Origin: Felis catus
Taxonomy: Eukaryota
Assembly (NCBI RefSeq): GCF_018350175.1
Contig: NC_058373.1
Coordinates: 112,470,001-112,534,000 of the forward strand
Reading direction: 5' to 3'
Length of the DNA: 64,000 nucleotides
Under the pieces are notes generated by a model. That model searched no databases. It was not told where the DNA came from and worked only from the letters and a program-made list of their open reading frames with translations. The first letter of the stretch is position 1, and each line of letters begins with the position of its first letter. A program made the position numbers and the translations under genes. Positions 35,246 through 47,675 of this stretch are shown piece by piece.

Positions 35246-36699
35246 ATATGAGCATTTGAGTGGGTATAATATGATTAAATTTGCATTTAAAATCAATTTA
35301 GCAATGTTGAAGAAAATGGAATGTATGGTAAATAAAAGTTATGTCTTCTGTGGGCCCTAATAGTTAATGGTTTCTCAGAAAGAAAAGTGGCAGTTATCTT
35401 TGTTTTGTTTTTGTTTTGTTTTTGTGTAGAACAAGAGAGTCTTAGGAAATTTTTTTCTTATCTGCTGTAATCCTGGTGTGATCTCCCACCAAGATTGTAA
35501 AAGCATTGGAAGCCTTTTGAATTTTTTGTTGGGACTTTAATTCATGAAAGCCCACCAGCTAGCTATCGCCAAGACTGTCATGTGCTATATCACTCCTGGT
35601 GAAGTTAATTAAAAAAAAAAACTTTATGTAATATTGATAAGCATATTGATTGCTGCAGCAAAGAAGGATAAACGCCAGAAGAACTGGAATGCTGTTTTAG
35701 AGGGACTTAATAGGGATTTATCATAGGAGTTAGGCTTGTGCCTAAATGTGGTTCCCTTGCACTCAGTCTCCTCATTGCAGAGTCTGCTCGGCTCCACCTG
35801 GATTTCTTCTATTCCAGCAACCTGGTTATTCTCTCAAGACTTTCAACTGGAGATGATCAGAAGCTCATCTCTCTGGGATCACCGTCCTTCACTGCCTGAG
35901 TTTCACTGTTTGAATACCATAGTTTTATATATTTTGCCTGAATTTTTTTAGTTGTTTTAGGCAGTACAGAAAATCCAGTCTCTGTTATGCCATCTTAGTC
36001 AGAAGTCAAAATTCTGGAATTGTTTTTAAAAGAAAATATTGGGGGAGGATAATGTGTGGGCAGACAAAAAAAAAAATGTTAGTATGCCAAGGCTTATTTG
36101 GAAGACATGAAAGGCCACAAAGCTTAAATGACAGAAGAAAAGTAATATTAAAATATTCAGAAGTAGTTTTATAAAACTAGTTTCAGGAATAGATTTTGAT
36201 CTGTGGAAAGAGATGCATTTTAGCTAAGCTGTACTCAGTAATATTGATTAATATGCACTAAATAATTATTCCAAGGTTTAGAAAAAGTGCAGGGCTCAAC
36301 AGGTGCACCCATCCATTAGTAATTGTGGTTACTTAATAATGAAAGTAAAATATTATTTTTCTTTACTTTTTTGTGGTTTTAAAATATAGCTAGTAAGTTG
36401 TTAGGACATAAAAATGTATTGTGTTGTTTAGAACTTCTTAATAAACAACTCTATTTCTTTTGACTTGGGAATGTCATAAAAGATGATTGAGACACTAAGG
36501 GCATCGTGAACTGAGAAAGTTTGGGACTCTGTCATGTAGCCAATTTTTGTTTTTTTTAATTGCTTCAAGTGTGATTTCAGTCATTTTTGATGGCATTTTC
36601 CTGGAGATCTTGTCTTTGGCAGTCAGTATAGATAAGTTTTTGTTGGTAACTGATGTATAGAGTACTATGGAAGTACAGAGAATGAGAAGTATTATTTTC

Positions 36700-36890
36700 T
36701 GGGTGCTTACTATGCTGTAGGCATTATTTTTTAATCTCATCTAATACTTGACAACAATCCTGAGTTGAGTGTTATTCCCATTTAATAGGTAAGGAACCAA
36801 AGATCAACGAAATGAATTATTTTGCTGAAGGCTACACATCTAAGTGGGTGACACTTGCATTTAAATCCAGTTCCAAAGCTTGTGCAGTTT
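36700..36890 (-). mobile_element. MIR
   Basis: Reverse MIR core (ttattcccatttaataggtaaggaacc). Confidence 0.6.
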
Positions 36891-38152
36891 TCATTGTAGA
36901 GGTCACATGATTTTCCTATTTATGGCAACCCTGTAATGAAGGCTTCTTGAAGTGATACTGAAGGTATTATTTTCAACTTAGGGAAGTTAATTAGATGGAG
37001 GATCAAGGGAACAAAAATTACTATGTGTTAGATTTGAGGATTGGAAGTAAACACTAAAGATTAGATTTTTATGTTAATTCTTAGTCCCTATTGTACATGC
37101 TGGCTTTTTTTGCATCATTTGATGGATTATTAGATTTTTTAGTATTTTCAGTAACCTTATTTCCATAGTAGACAATAGTGAGAATTGTTACAGTGTACAC
37201 ATAGTTATGTTTAGTCATCTACAGTTTGTAGTCCGTAGAAGTCTCATTATACAGAGTTAGTTTTTCACTGTGAATTTTTCATTTTGAAAGTGTTCTTACA
37301 TTTGTGCTTCTAGAACATAAAGATATTTCTTGATCCAATAAAAGGCCTTTTATTATTTGTTATTCATTATCTCCTTCTGGAACTTTTACAGTATTTGGAA
37401 TTATCTCAACCATTCTCCATATCTCTTTACCTCTCTTTTGAGTTTCTATATTTTTGCCTCTTTTTGTTGCAGTCTGTGTCATTTCTTAAGACTTGTCTTC
37501 TAGTTTATAAATTCTCTTTTCAACTATGTCTAATCTCCTTCCATCTTCTTTTTTACCAAATCCTAAAAATATTATTAGATGTTTTATTCATGGATGTCCT
37601 GGCTGGTTATTTTCAAATCTGCTTAGATAGATTTCTTATATTTAGTACTTTCTGTAGGCACATTAAGTACATTAATATTCTTTATCTCATAATTCTAATA
37701 CAGTATTTTCAGGTCAGATTCTGTAGTTTGATTTTTCTACATATACTTCCTATGGTAGTTTTTTGTTTGTTTTAGAGACTTTTGAATGTGTGAATTCATC
37801 CCTTTGCAGGAAATGTGATTCTCCCATGCATGTGGAGGTAGTACCAACTCTGGAACTACCAAATTTTTGAGTGGTATGGTTTTAGGCCATAAACCTACAT
37901 AAGTGTTGGTTTGTGGTTATTAATTCTCAAAGGAGTCTTTTTTTCTCCTTTCATATCTTTCTATTCTACCTAGTTCCCAGGAGACAGGCATATATATCTG
38001 TAACCTCCCTGTTTGGGGTTTTGTTTATATTATGTTTATTTGTTTATTTTTCATAGTTTATGATTTACAGAGTCTTGAATGCGGATTTTAAATAATATGA
38101 CTTCACATCCAGATTGAGCTCTAAATTCTGGGCCCTTAAAAATAGGACTCTT

Positions 38153-38366
38153 TTTTTTTTTTTCAACGTTTATTTATTTTTGGGACAGAGAGAGACAGAG
38201 CATGAACGGGGGAGGGGCAGAGAGAGAGGGAGACACAGAATCGGAAACAGGCTCCAGGCTCTGAGCCATCAGCCCAGAGCCCGACGCGGGGCTCGAACTC
38301 AGGGACTGCGAGATCGTGACCTGGCTGAAGTCGGACGCTTAACCAACTGTGCCACCGAGGCGCGCC
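38153..38366 (-). mobile_element. Young SINEC_Fc
   Basis: Near-consensus; TSD aaaataggactctt. Confidence 0.95.
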
Positions 38367-39660
38367 AAAAATAGGACTCTTAATGACCAAACTGTAGGCC
38401 ACACATCAGCAGATTCCACCAAGGTTCAGCAAATACTAGCCTTAGAATTCTTAACTATCTGGATTTCTGCCCCCTTTTTTCTTATAGTCTTTTATAAATT
38501 CTTTAGTTTTCAGTGAGCCCAGCCACTGAATAAATAAGTTTTTAAATAAGTTTTTAAAAACATATTTTAGTCAACTTTATTAGATATGCTATACAAGGGG
38601 GGGAGTTAACTAAATATCTTGGTCTGTCATTGTACATAAAGACAGCTCATTTGATTTTTTTGTAATTTGTACTCATGGGAGTCTTCAGAAGCAAGTTACA
38701 AACTTTAGAACTCTTTCATGTGGATTTGCTGTTAACTTTACACAGAGGTGGAATTAGATAGAACTCTTTTCCCTGGCCATATATAGCCAAGTTACTCTTG
38801 ATTTTCCAAGGAACATTTAAAATCACAAAATACGTCTGAAAAGGTATACTGACATGGTAGTGGTGTTAGGAAACCAGTTGTTACCTATTTTATATTCATT
38901 CTTGAATTTTATCTCAAAACAGTAACATGAAATTAAAGTTAGAAATTGAAGCACTGTTAATTCAAAACTCTTTTCTGTTTTATTTTAAACTGTTAAACTA
39001 AAACAGATATTCTTCCTACCCCAAAATAGTTACATTAAGAACAGTCTGTTGTCAACAGAAGTCATTCTATTATAGTTATTCTATTATAAAGGGTATCGTT
39101 TCTATTTAAAATGCTAAGCTACAAATATTTAGCCTTTTGAGCCATCTGCTCTGCTAAATACCCATAAGTATTTTAGACTAAAATCTGAAAAATGGAAATA
39201 CTTTAAAACCTTTACATTGTTGACTTTTGATTTTGTACAGCATATCTTATTTTGAGTAGAAATAGAATGATGTAGAAAGTTTACTTGCAAAATATTCCAT
39301 TATCCTCATTAAAAAAAAAATAGAGTTTTAAACTCTCTTATAGAAAGGACCCTCTATATCTGGATGAAATTATTTTGTTAAAAATATCTAATTCTTTAAA
39401 TAAATATAAACAAAAACTCTACTCAGTATATTTATTCCAACAATAAATATATTTGACTTCTTAAATTTAGAGTTCTGTTAGGTAAATTTATGTTTAAAAT
39501 CATTACCGTGATTAAGAATCTTCTGTTAGAAATGTTTAGGAAAGTTTGCTCCCCACCTTGTAATGAAATTTTAATAATTTTATAACTCCAGGAAATTAAT
39601 TAATGTCTTCAATTAGCCATTTTTATGAATTACATGTTTTATTGAATACTTTATATTTCC

Positions 39661-40342
39661 TTTTTTTTTAAGTTTATTTCTTATGAAAGAAAGAGAGTGC
39701 ATAAAGGAGGGTCAGAAAAGGAGAGGGAGAGAGAGAATCCCATGCTGGCTCTGCACTGTCAATGCATTGCCTCACGTGGGGCTCAATCTCAGGAACCGTG
39801 AGATCATGACATGAGCTGCAATCAAAAGTCGGATGTTTAACTGAGTCACCTATGTGCCCCTATATTTCCTTTTTAAAAAAAAACTTTTTTTAAATGTTTA
39901 TTTTTTTGAGAGAGAGAGAGAGAGACAATGTGAGCAGGGGAGGGGCAGAGAGAGAGGGAGACAGAATCTGAAGCAGGCTCCAGTCTCTGAGCTGTCAGCA
40001 CAGAGCCCAATATGGGGCTCGAACTCACGAGCTGTGAGATCATGCCCTGACCCGAAGTCGGACGCTTAACCGACTGAGCCACCCAGGTGCCCCTATTTCC
40101 TTTTTATTTTTTTTATTTATTTTTTTTTTTAATTTTTTTTCAACGTTTATTTATTTTTGGGACAGAGAGAGACAGAGCATGAACGGGGAGGGGCAGAGAG
40201 AGAGGGAGACACAGAATCGGAAACAGGCTCCAGGCTCTGAGCCATCAGCCCAGAGCCCGACGCAGGGCTCGAACTCACGGACCGCGAAATCGTGACCTGG
40301 CTGAAGTCGGATGCTTAACCGACTGCGCCACCCAGGCGCCCC
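39661..40342 (-). mobile_element. Three tandem SINECs (about 39661-39860, 39875-40093, 40107-40342)
   Basis: Three complete reverse bodies separated and flanked by tatttccttttt. Confidence 0.95.
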
Positions 40343-40901
40343 CCTATTTCCTTTTTAAATAGCATTCTATTAAACTGTTAAACATGTGGAGAAAGCTTAG
40401 TCACCCTTACACTCCCTCCACCATCACTCATACAAAAACACTCACTCCCATTTCCAGAGGACTGGAAACAGGGAAGAATGAAGCATTACAGCTGGACAAA
40501 ACAGGAGTTGAAGAAAATTGCATGAGAAGTAACTATGAACTGATTTTAGAATGAATTTATAATTCAAATTCAAATATCACTTGTACAAAAAACCTTAAAT
40601 ATGTGAATTTTGTTTATTGTAGGCCATGACTTCAGGTGCTTCTGAGCACCTGACAGAAAGAAATGTAAATTCTCTGGTGAATATACTTTACTTTTAAATG
40701 AAAAGAAATGCCACAAATTATTTCCCAATGAATATGAAAAGCCCAATGAATATGAATATGAAAGGAAATAAGGTGCCATGAATGAGAATTAGCAGAAACA
40801 TTAGACAGGTTTGTGCCATTTCATTGTGGTTTCTATTCCATTTGGACATGATTGAATATGCCCCTGAGTCTGTACAATACTTACTGCAGAAATTCATTGT
40901 G

Positions 40902-40903
<2 letters not shown>

Positions 40904-40931
<28 letters not shown>
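40904..40931. repeat. (TG)n microsatellite
   Basis: Directly visible. Confidence 0.95.
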
Positions 40932-40935
<4 letters not shown>

Positions 40936-41221
40936 CGTATGTTTATAATGTCCCAGTCCCTATTAGGATTCATTTCTGGAAGCAGTGGTAATAAGAACCA
41001 AGAGCCATGGCCTGAGGTTGAAGAAATATGTGGTGGAGTTCAAGCCATGCTTGTATTCTTGGTTGGAAGTTTCCTTTCAGGACTTTGAAAATGCCATGCT
41101 ACTCTCTTCTGTCCTACAAAGTTTCTAATACAAATCGCTGAGGAAATCGTATGTGAGTTCTCTCATATGTAACAAGTTGATTTTCTTTTGCTGCTTTTAA
41201 GATTTTCTTTATATCTTTAGT

Positions 41222-42650
41222 TTTTTAAGTGTTTATTTTAATTCTAGTTAGTTAACATATAGAGTAGTATTAATTTCAGGTGTAAAATATAGTGATTCAA
41301 CATTTCTATACAATACCTGGTGCTCATCACAAAGGTACTCCTTAATCTCATCACCTATTTTCCCCATCCCCCCACCCACCTTCCCTTTGGTAACCATCAG
41401 TTTGCTCTTTATAATTAAAAATTTATTTCTTAGTTTATCTCTCTCCCTATTTTGCCCTTTGCTCATTTGTTTTGTTTCTTATGTTTTACATATGAGTGAG
41501 ATCATATGATATTTGTCTTTCTCTGACTGACTTATTTTGCTTAGCATAATACTCTGGCTCCATCACATTGTTTCAAATCGCAAGATTTCATTCTTTTTGA
41601 TGGCTGAGTAATATTTCATTGTATGGATATGCTACATCTTCTTTGTCCATTCATCAGTCAATGGACACTTGGGCTAGTTCCATAATTTTGCTATTATAGA
41701 TCATGCTGCTATAAATATCGGGCTACACATATCCCTTTGAATCAATATTTTTGTATCCTTTGGGGAAATACCTAGTAGTGCGATTGCTAGATCATAGGGT
41801 AGTTCTATTTTTAACTTTTTGAAGAACCTTCATACTGTTACTACAGTGGCTGCACCAGTTTGCATTCCTACCAGCAATGCAAGAGGGTTCCTCTTTCTCT
41901 ATATCCTTGCCAACACCTCTTGTTTCTTGTGTTATGACTTTAGCCATTCTGACAGGTATGAGGTGGTATTTCATTGTAGTTTTGATTTGCATTTCCCTGA
42001 TGATGAGTGATGTCAAGCATCTTTTCATGTGTCTGTTGGTCATTAATATATCTTCTTTGGAATAATATCTATTCATGTCTTCTCACCATGTTTTAATTGG
42101 ATTATTAGTTTTTTGGATGTTGAATTTTGCAAGTCCTTTATATATTTTGGATACTAACCCTTTATCTGATATGCAGATTGCAAATATCTTCTCCCATTCC
42201 ATAGGTTGCCTTTTAGTTTTGTTGATTGTTTCCTCCACTGTACAGAAGCTTTGTATTTTAATGAAGTTCCAATAGTTTATTTTTGCTTTTGTTTCCCTTG
42301 CCTCAGGGGATATATCTACAAAGAAGTTGCTATAGCCGACATAACCAAAGAGGATATTGCCTGTGTTCTTTTCTAGGATTTTTATGGTTTCAAGTCTCAC
42401 ATTTAGGTGTTTAATCCATTTTGAATTTATATTTGTGTATGGTGTAAGAAAGTGGTCCAGTTTCATTCTTTCTTCATTTGTGTTGCTCTCCAGTTTAGCC
42501 AACACGATTTGTTGAGACTGTCTTTTTCTCATTGGATATTCCTTCCTGCTTTGTCAAAGATTAATTGACCATATAGATGTGGGTTCATTTATAAGTTTTC
42601 TATGTTGTTTAATTGATCTGTGTGTCTATTTTTGTGCCAATACCATACCA
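41222..42650 (-). mobile_element. 5'-truncated carnivore L1 (about 1.4 kb)
   Basis: ORF2 C-terminal ORFs ([18 protein letters not shown]...QPMEWEKIFA) and 3'UTR. Confidence 0.93.
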
Positions 42651-42699
42651 GTCCCTAAGAGGCTACATTAATCATGTTTTTTTCCTAAATCAGTATTTT

Positions 42700-42930
42700 A
42701 TTTTTTTTATTTTTTTTTTAATTTTTTTTTTCAACGTTTATTTATTTTTGGGACAGAAACAGAGCATGAACGGGGGAGGGGCAGAGAGAGAGGGAGACAC
42801 AGAATCGGAAACAGGCTCCAGGCTCCGAGCCATCAGCCCAGAGCCTGACGCGGGGCTCCAACTCACGGACCGCGAGATCGTGACCTGGCTGAAGTCGGAT
42901 GCTTAACCGACTGCGCCACCCAGGCGCCCC
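42700..42930 (-). mobile_element. Young SINEC_Fc
   Basis: TSD taaatcagtatttta. Confidence 0.95.
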
Positions 42931-43646
42931 CTTAAATCAGTATTTTAGATGTAGAATTGATAAAGCAGATATTGAACTTGAAATTAACTATCATTAGCTA
43001 TAGATTTAAAGAGTATTTTAGATTTGTCACATGTAATGTATTACTGATGTTTTGAATGGTAATATGCTAAAATTTAAGTGAAATGATGAGTTTGGAATTG
43101 GTGACTTTGGCTAAGAACATTCGTCATGGCTTGCAATAGTTACCACCATTTCCAAGGGCCATTTTCCTTAGTATCACTTCTCCACTATACTTTATGGTAT
43201 CTACTACTCAGAATGTAGCCCCCCCCCCCATATTTCTGACTTAAGGAATTTCTTAATATAAGGACACTTCTATTTCATAGAACAAGATATGGATATTCTA
43301 ACTTCTATTTTGTAAGGGAAAATTTGTGATAAATGTAGACAATATGATGAGTTATTGAGAGATCTCACCTCTTTTATTCTTGAAATAAGCATATGTAAAG
43401 CTCTTCCTGTTCACAGGCATATGTCTAGGTTTTGGAGTAGGAAAAAATTGTTCCTGATCTTAAAAACTTTATGTAGAAAGGTATAAAGCCATGATAATAA
43501 AATGGATCAAATAAAATAAATGCCAAAATATAAACAATACAAGATATTATACATCCACATTTAACTGACGTCCCCTTAATCAATTCACTAGCTTAACCTG
43601 TCTTCTCAATTGCTTATGTAAAACACACTGACAGATGTTCAAAATA

Positions 43647-44742
43647 CAGTAGACCCTTGAACAACATGGGAGTTAGGAGCACTGACCCATTCGATTGAAA
43701 ATCTTCATGCAACTTTTGACTCATCCTACATTTACTAATAGACTACTGTTAACCAGAAGCCTTAATGATAACATAGTTGATTAACATGTATTTTCTATGT
43801 TATATGTATTATATGCTATATTCTTACAACAAAGTAAGCTACAGAAATGAAAATCTTACCAAGAAAATCATAAGGAAGGAAGCCAGAGCTGCTATGTGGG
43901 ACTCTAGCTATCACCAGCGAATACCATATGCACATCCTGGGAAGTCTGGCACTATGCTCATTCCATGCAGGAGTTGTCAGCCAAGGACATCAAGGGGAGC
44001 ATAATTAAACTGAACAAGCCCCGGGACTTCATGTGTATCATCACCTTTGTGGCCTCACAATGAGTCAAAGCAGATATAAATTATACTCAGCTGGTTGCCC
44101 TGCACACCCTATATTCTAAGTGATGTTTATAGATCTTGGTCTTCTCTTGCAAGTAGTTCAGGAGGCAAAAACCAGGGGGTACTGTAGAGACCATCAATTT
44201 GCTGCTGGGTATAACATCACACTTCGTATGTACAACATGTATGTGAATGGAGACAATGACCACCTGCTAGAAGTGTATGAAAGTACAGTCCAAGGGGAGA
44301 AGAATCCTAGAACATGTCACCAAGTGGAACTTCACCAACTTCTCTTGATAAGAACAGCTCTGTTGTTAAGTGGTATGGTCTCATGGAAGAGCCTCTGGTA
44401 ATAGAGAAGGACTTGCTCTCCTACCTCTTGCTCTACAAGTGTGCACCTCCCACCAAAGCACACCAACACCACGTGGAGTGTTCCACCTGGCAACCATGAG
44501 GGTTTGCCTGAAAACTAGCCTGAGCTTCCTGCTGGAGGAAGGTCACTTACCCTGCCTGGTGGCTTAGTGCCCCCCTCACCCCTAGGTCTCTTGTGGGAAT
44601 ACACAAGACAAATAGGGAAATGCAAATTCCCAATACAAATAAGAAATTAGGAAGAGAAAATACGTTTACAATAATGTAAGTAAAAAGTTGTTATTTAAGT
44701 GGACCCACATAGTTTAAACCCATGTTGTTCAAGGATCAACTG
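43647..44742 (-). mobile_element. Short non-autonomous Tigger2 derivative split by the GPX4 retrocopy
   Basis: TIRs cagtagacccttgaacaacatggg and cccatgttgttcaaggatcaactg, with TA on both flanks (43645-43646, 44743-44744). Confidence 0.9.
43879..44640 (+). pseudogene. GPX4: Processed pseudogene of glutathione peroxidase 4
   Basis: Intronless homology: KPELLCGTLA, SMQELSAKDIKG, VASQ(TGA)VKADINYTQLVALH, FAAGYN, VNGD, KWNFT, DKNSSVVKWYGLMEEPLVIEKDLLSYL, then a GPX4-like 3'UTR and A-rich tail. In-frame stops at 44121, 44130 and 44154, plus frameshifts. Confidence 0.95.
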
Positions 44743-44977
44743 TATACTAAACATTTGCCATTAGAGTGCTAGGCTACTCTCTAGAATAATTCCCAGCAGT
44801 TGACATTTATACTTCTAAGAATCAGTTGTATTTATCCAAAACCATTTTATGCCAGTAGATCTTTTTATTGTAATTGCTGAGTTAAATGTTAAAAATTTTT
44901 AAATAAGTGAAAAATTTATTTCTGTTTCTATAAACTTGGGGAAGATTATAAAGTTGAGTTACTAAATATTGTTTTTA

Positions 44978-45204
44978 TTTTTTTTTTTAATTTTTTTTTC
45001 AACTTTTATTTTATTTTTGGGACAGAGAGAGAGAGAGCATGAACGGGGGAGGGGCAGAGAGAGAGGGAGACACAGAATGGGAAACAGGCTCCAGGCTCCG
45101 AGCCATCAGCCCAGAGCCCGACGCGGGGCTCGAACTCACGGACCGCGAGATCGTGACCTGGCTGAAGTCGGACGCTTAACCGACTGCGCCACCCAGGCGC
45201 CCCC
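44978..45204 (-). mobile_element. Young SINEC_Fc
   Basis: TSD taaatattgttttta. Confidence 0.95.
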
Positions 45205-46369
45205 TAAATATTGTTTTTAAATTAGATATGGTTAGATTATATATGAGGTAAAATCAGAAATCTATTCTAATGATTGTTTCAAAAGAACTTATAATTACTT
45301 AGTCTAGGTGTGGCTAATGAAAGAAACCTTGTGCTACCTCCAATCAGAAGGCCCATACTCAGAGCAGATCCTAGTTCCATATCAAAATATTGGTCAATAG
45401 ATAATCATTTATATGTTTTAAGGTAAAATAAACCATGTAATTATTTTTATGATTCCTCACCTTAACTAATTTTATTGGTTAGTCAACTAGCACACCCATG
45501 TTGAAATAGCTTTCATAGTCAATGAAGCAAATAATGAATTCTGTATTTTCTAATGACTTATGCTTCATTGTTGTATGAAGGATCATCAGAAGAGTTTGAC
45601 TATTAAAGAAGTGTGAGACTTTTCTTTACCAGTCCTGTCATTTTTCTTTTCTTCCCCTTAGTTTATGTCTACTTAGTCCATATGCCTTTCTATTCACTGA
45701 ATGCTAGTACTTTTTGTGGCCAGTTTGGCAATTACTTCCTATAATAATAGTAATCATTAACATATACGTATAACAAGAACATCTACTTTGTTCATTTTGT
45801 TATAGACAATTTATGGCAAGTTAAAAAATATGCCCAGTATTATCTCTTAAATTTGATATCTAGTCTACATTTTATCTAACAAGATAACAAAAGCATCATG
45901 TTCAAGTAGAATACTGGAATAAAAGCCAAGAGATATGATTTCTGTGCCTCTATGCAGTGTTATCTGGGATAATCTTGGACAAGGCACTTACTTATATTTT
46001 TTATTTTAAAATGGAGAATTAAACTAAATTACTTCAGAAATCTTTTTTTAATAAAGCTTAAATAAAATAACCCAAACAAATCCTATAATATACTTTTTAT
46101 AGATTATGAGATTTTTCAGAAGGGATTTCTTGGTTGGGTTTCACTTTTTTGACACTATTGTGATACTAAAATCAGACGTAATAGCTGTTTTCTGAATCTG
46201 CAAATATAAAAAGGACTAACACAAAGGTGATGGCTATAGTTTCATTGGTCCAGAAGGAAGGAAATTAATTTGGGAGGAGTAGAGAAGATGGTTTCAGTGC
46301 TTTTTATTTCTCTTTTTTTTTCATTGTTTTCATTTTTTCTTTTTTTTTTTTTTAAACAGAGGTAACAAA

Positions 46370-46580
46370 GGGGCATTTGGGTGGCTCAGTCGGTTAAGTA
46401 TCCTAATTGGCTTCCACTCAGGTCATGATCTTGTGGTTCAGGAGTTTGAACCCCGCCTTGGGCTCTGTGCTGATTGGAGCCTGGAACCTGCTTCAGATTC
46501 TGTGTCTCCCTCTCTCTCTGCCCTTTCCCTGCTTGTGCTCTGTCTCTCTTTCAAAAATATGTAAGCATTAAAAAAAAATT
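46370..46580 (+). mobile_element. SINEC_Fc-type SINE
   Basis: TSD aacagaggtaaca. Confidence 0.92.
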
Positions 46581-47229
46581 AACAGAGGTAACACATTGGC
46601 TTATAATAAGGTCAGTGTACACTTTTTTTGGTAGGAACAAAATAAAGTTTAACATGTCTCAGTAAAATTCTAAATGTCATTGACCTTTTTATATTTTATC
46701 TATGTGGAAAATCTGATGATTAAGTCCACAATTTAATGAATTTGAGGTAGACTGAACATGTTCTAAGACTTCATCATTTTGATCCTTCTGTATTACTTCC
46801 CCATGTTACTATTACTCCTAATTGTGCAACATAGCTTTGGCTAGATTCCAGCAAGCCAGGCGAGCTGAAACAGTTGTCCTAAAGATAAAATTTTTGTGGT
46901 TGTGGCGAGTCATTTGGCTGATTTTCTAATTTGGTTGAATTTGGATCATAATTAATTATGTGTTACTTTGATATCAATGTCAGATTAATAGCAGAAGAAC
47001 AGTAAATAATATTGAAAATTTTGTGGCACTCACATTTTGGTCATGAACTTCTGAAGGCTCCTAAAAGAAGCATTGTCCTATAGTAGATTTGTCTTATAAC
47101 ACCTATCCTTTCATTTTTTTTTTTTCATACTAGAAATGCACCCTGGTTAGAGGAGAGATTAGGGCACCTTCCGCCTTTTGCAAACATGTGGGTGTTTATG
47201 AATCACAATTTGAGAACTAGAGGTCTATA

Positions 47230-47412
47230 GCAGTGTTTTTGCAAGTATGCTCTTGTACTGTCTGCATCAAAATCACCTAGAAAGCTTGTTTAAAATGGGT
47301 ATTTCTGGCCTTCATCTAAAGCCTTTTGAATCAGAATCTCCAGGAATGAGATTCAGGAATCTAGATTTTAACAAGCTCTCATGTGGCTCATATGCCCACT
47401 TAATGTAGAGTA
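47230..47412. mobile_element. MER5-like hAT-Charlie DNA transposon
   Basis: gcatcaaaatcacctagaaagcttgtttaaaatg...gaatcagaatctc...aggaatctagattttaacaagctc. Confidence 0.75.
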
Positions 47413-47473
47413 TCTTGCCTTAAATATATTTTGTATCTTGAATATTATCTAATGATTATAGTATATGCATATA

Positions 47474-47636
47474 CAGTTGACAGGTATTTGAATTGTGTGG
47501 GTTTGTTTCTTTTTTGATTAAATTAAATTTAACTTAATATATTTTTTAAAGTTTATTTATTTTGAGAGAGAGAGAATGAGTGGGGGAGAGGGGCAGAGAG
47601 GAGGAGGAGGAGGAGGAGGAGAGGGAGGAGGAGGAG

Positions 47637-47675
<39 letters not shown>

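Noticed and set aside
40724..40765. Short direct repeat cccaatgaatatgaa x2 (also agaataataaca x2 near 59192-59218)
   Set aside because: Ordinary slippage-type microduplications with no sign of function.
40900..40931. TGCATG next to (TG)n as an RBFOX/TDP-43-regulated cryptic exon signal
   Set aside because: I found no convincing acceptor-donor pair nearby, and TGCATG arises easily at the edge of TG repeats.
43777..44567. Functional GPX4 retrogene or a novel ORF (ORFs at 43777, 44120, 44314, 44370)
   Set aside because: The GPX4 frame has several stops and frameshifts. These ORFs are partial or alternative frames of the pseudogene.
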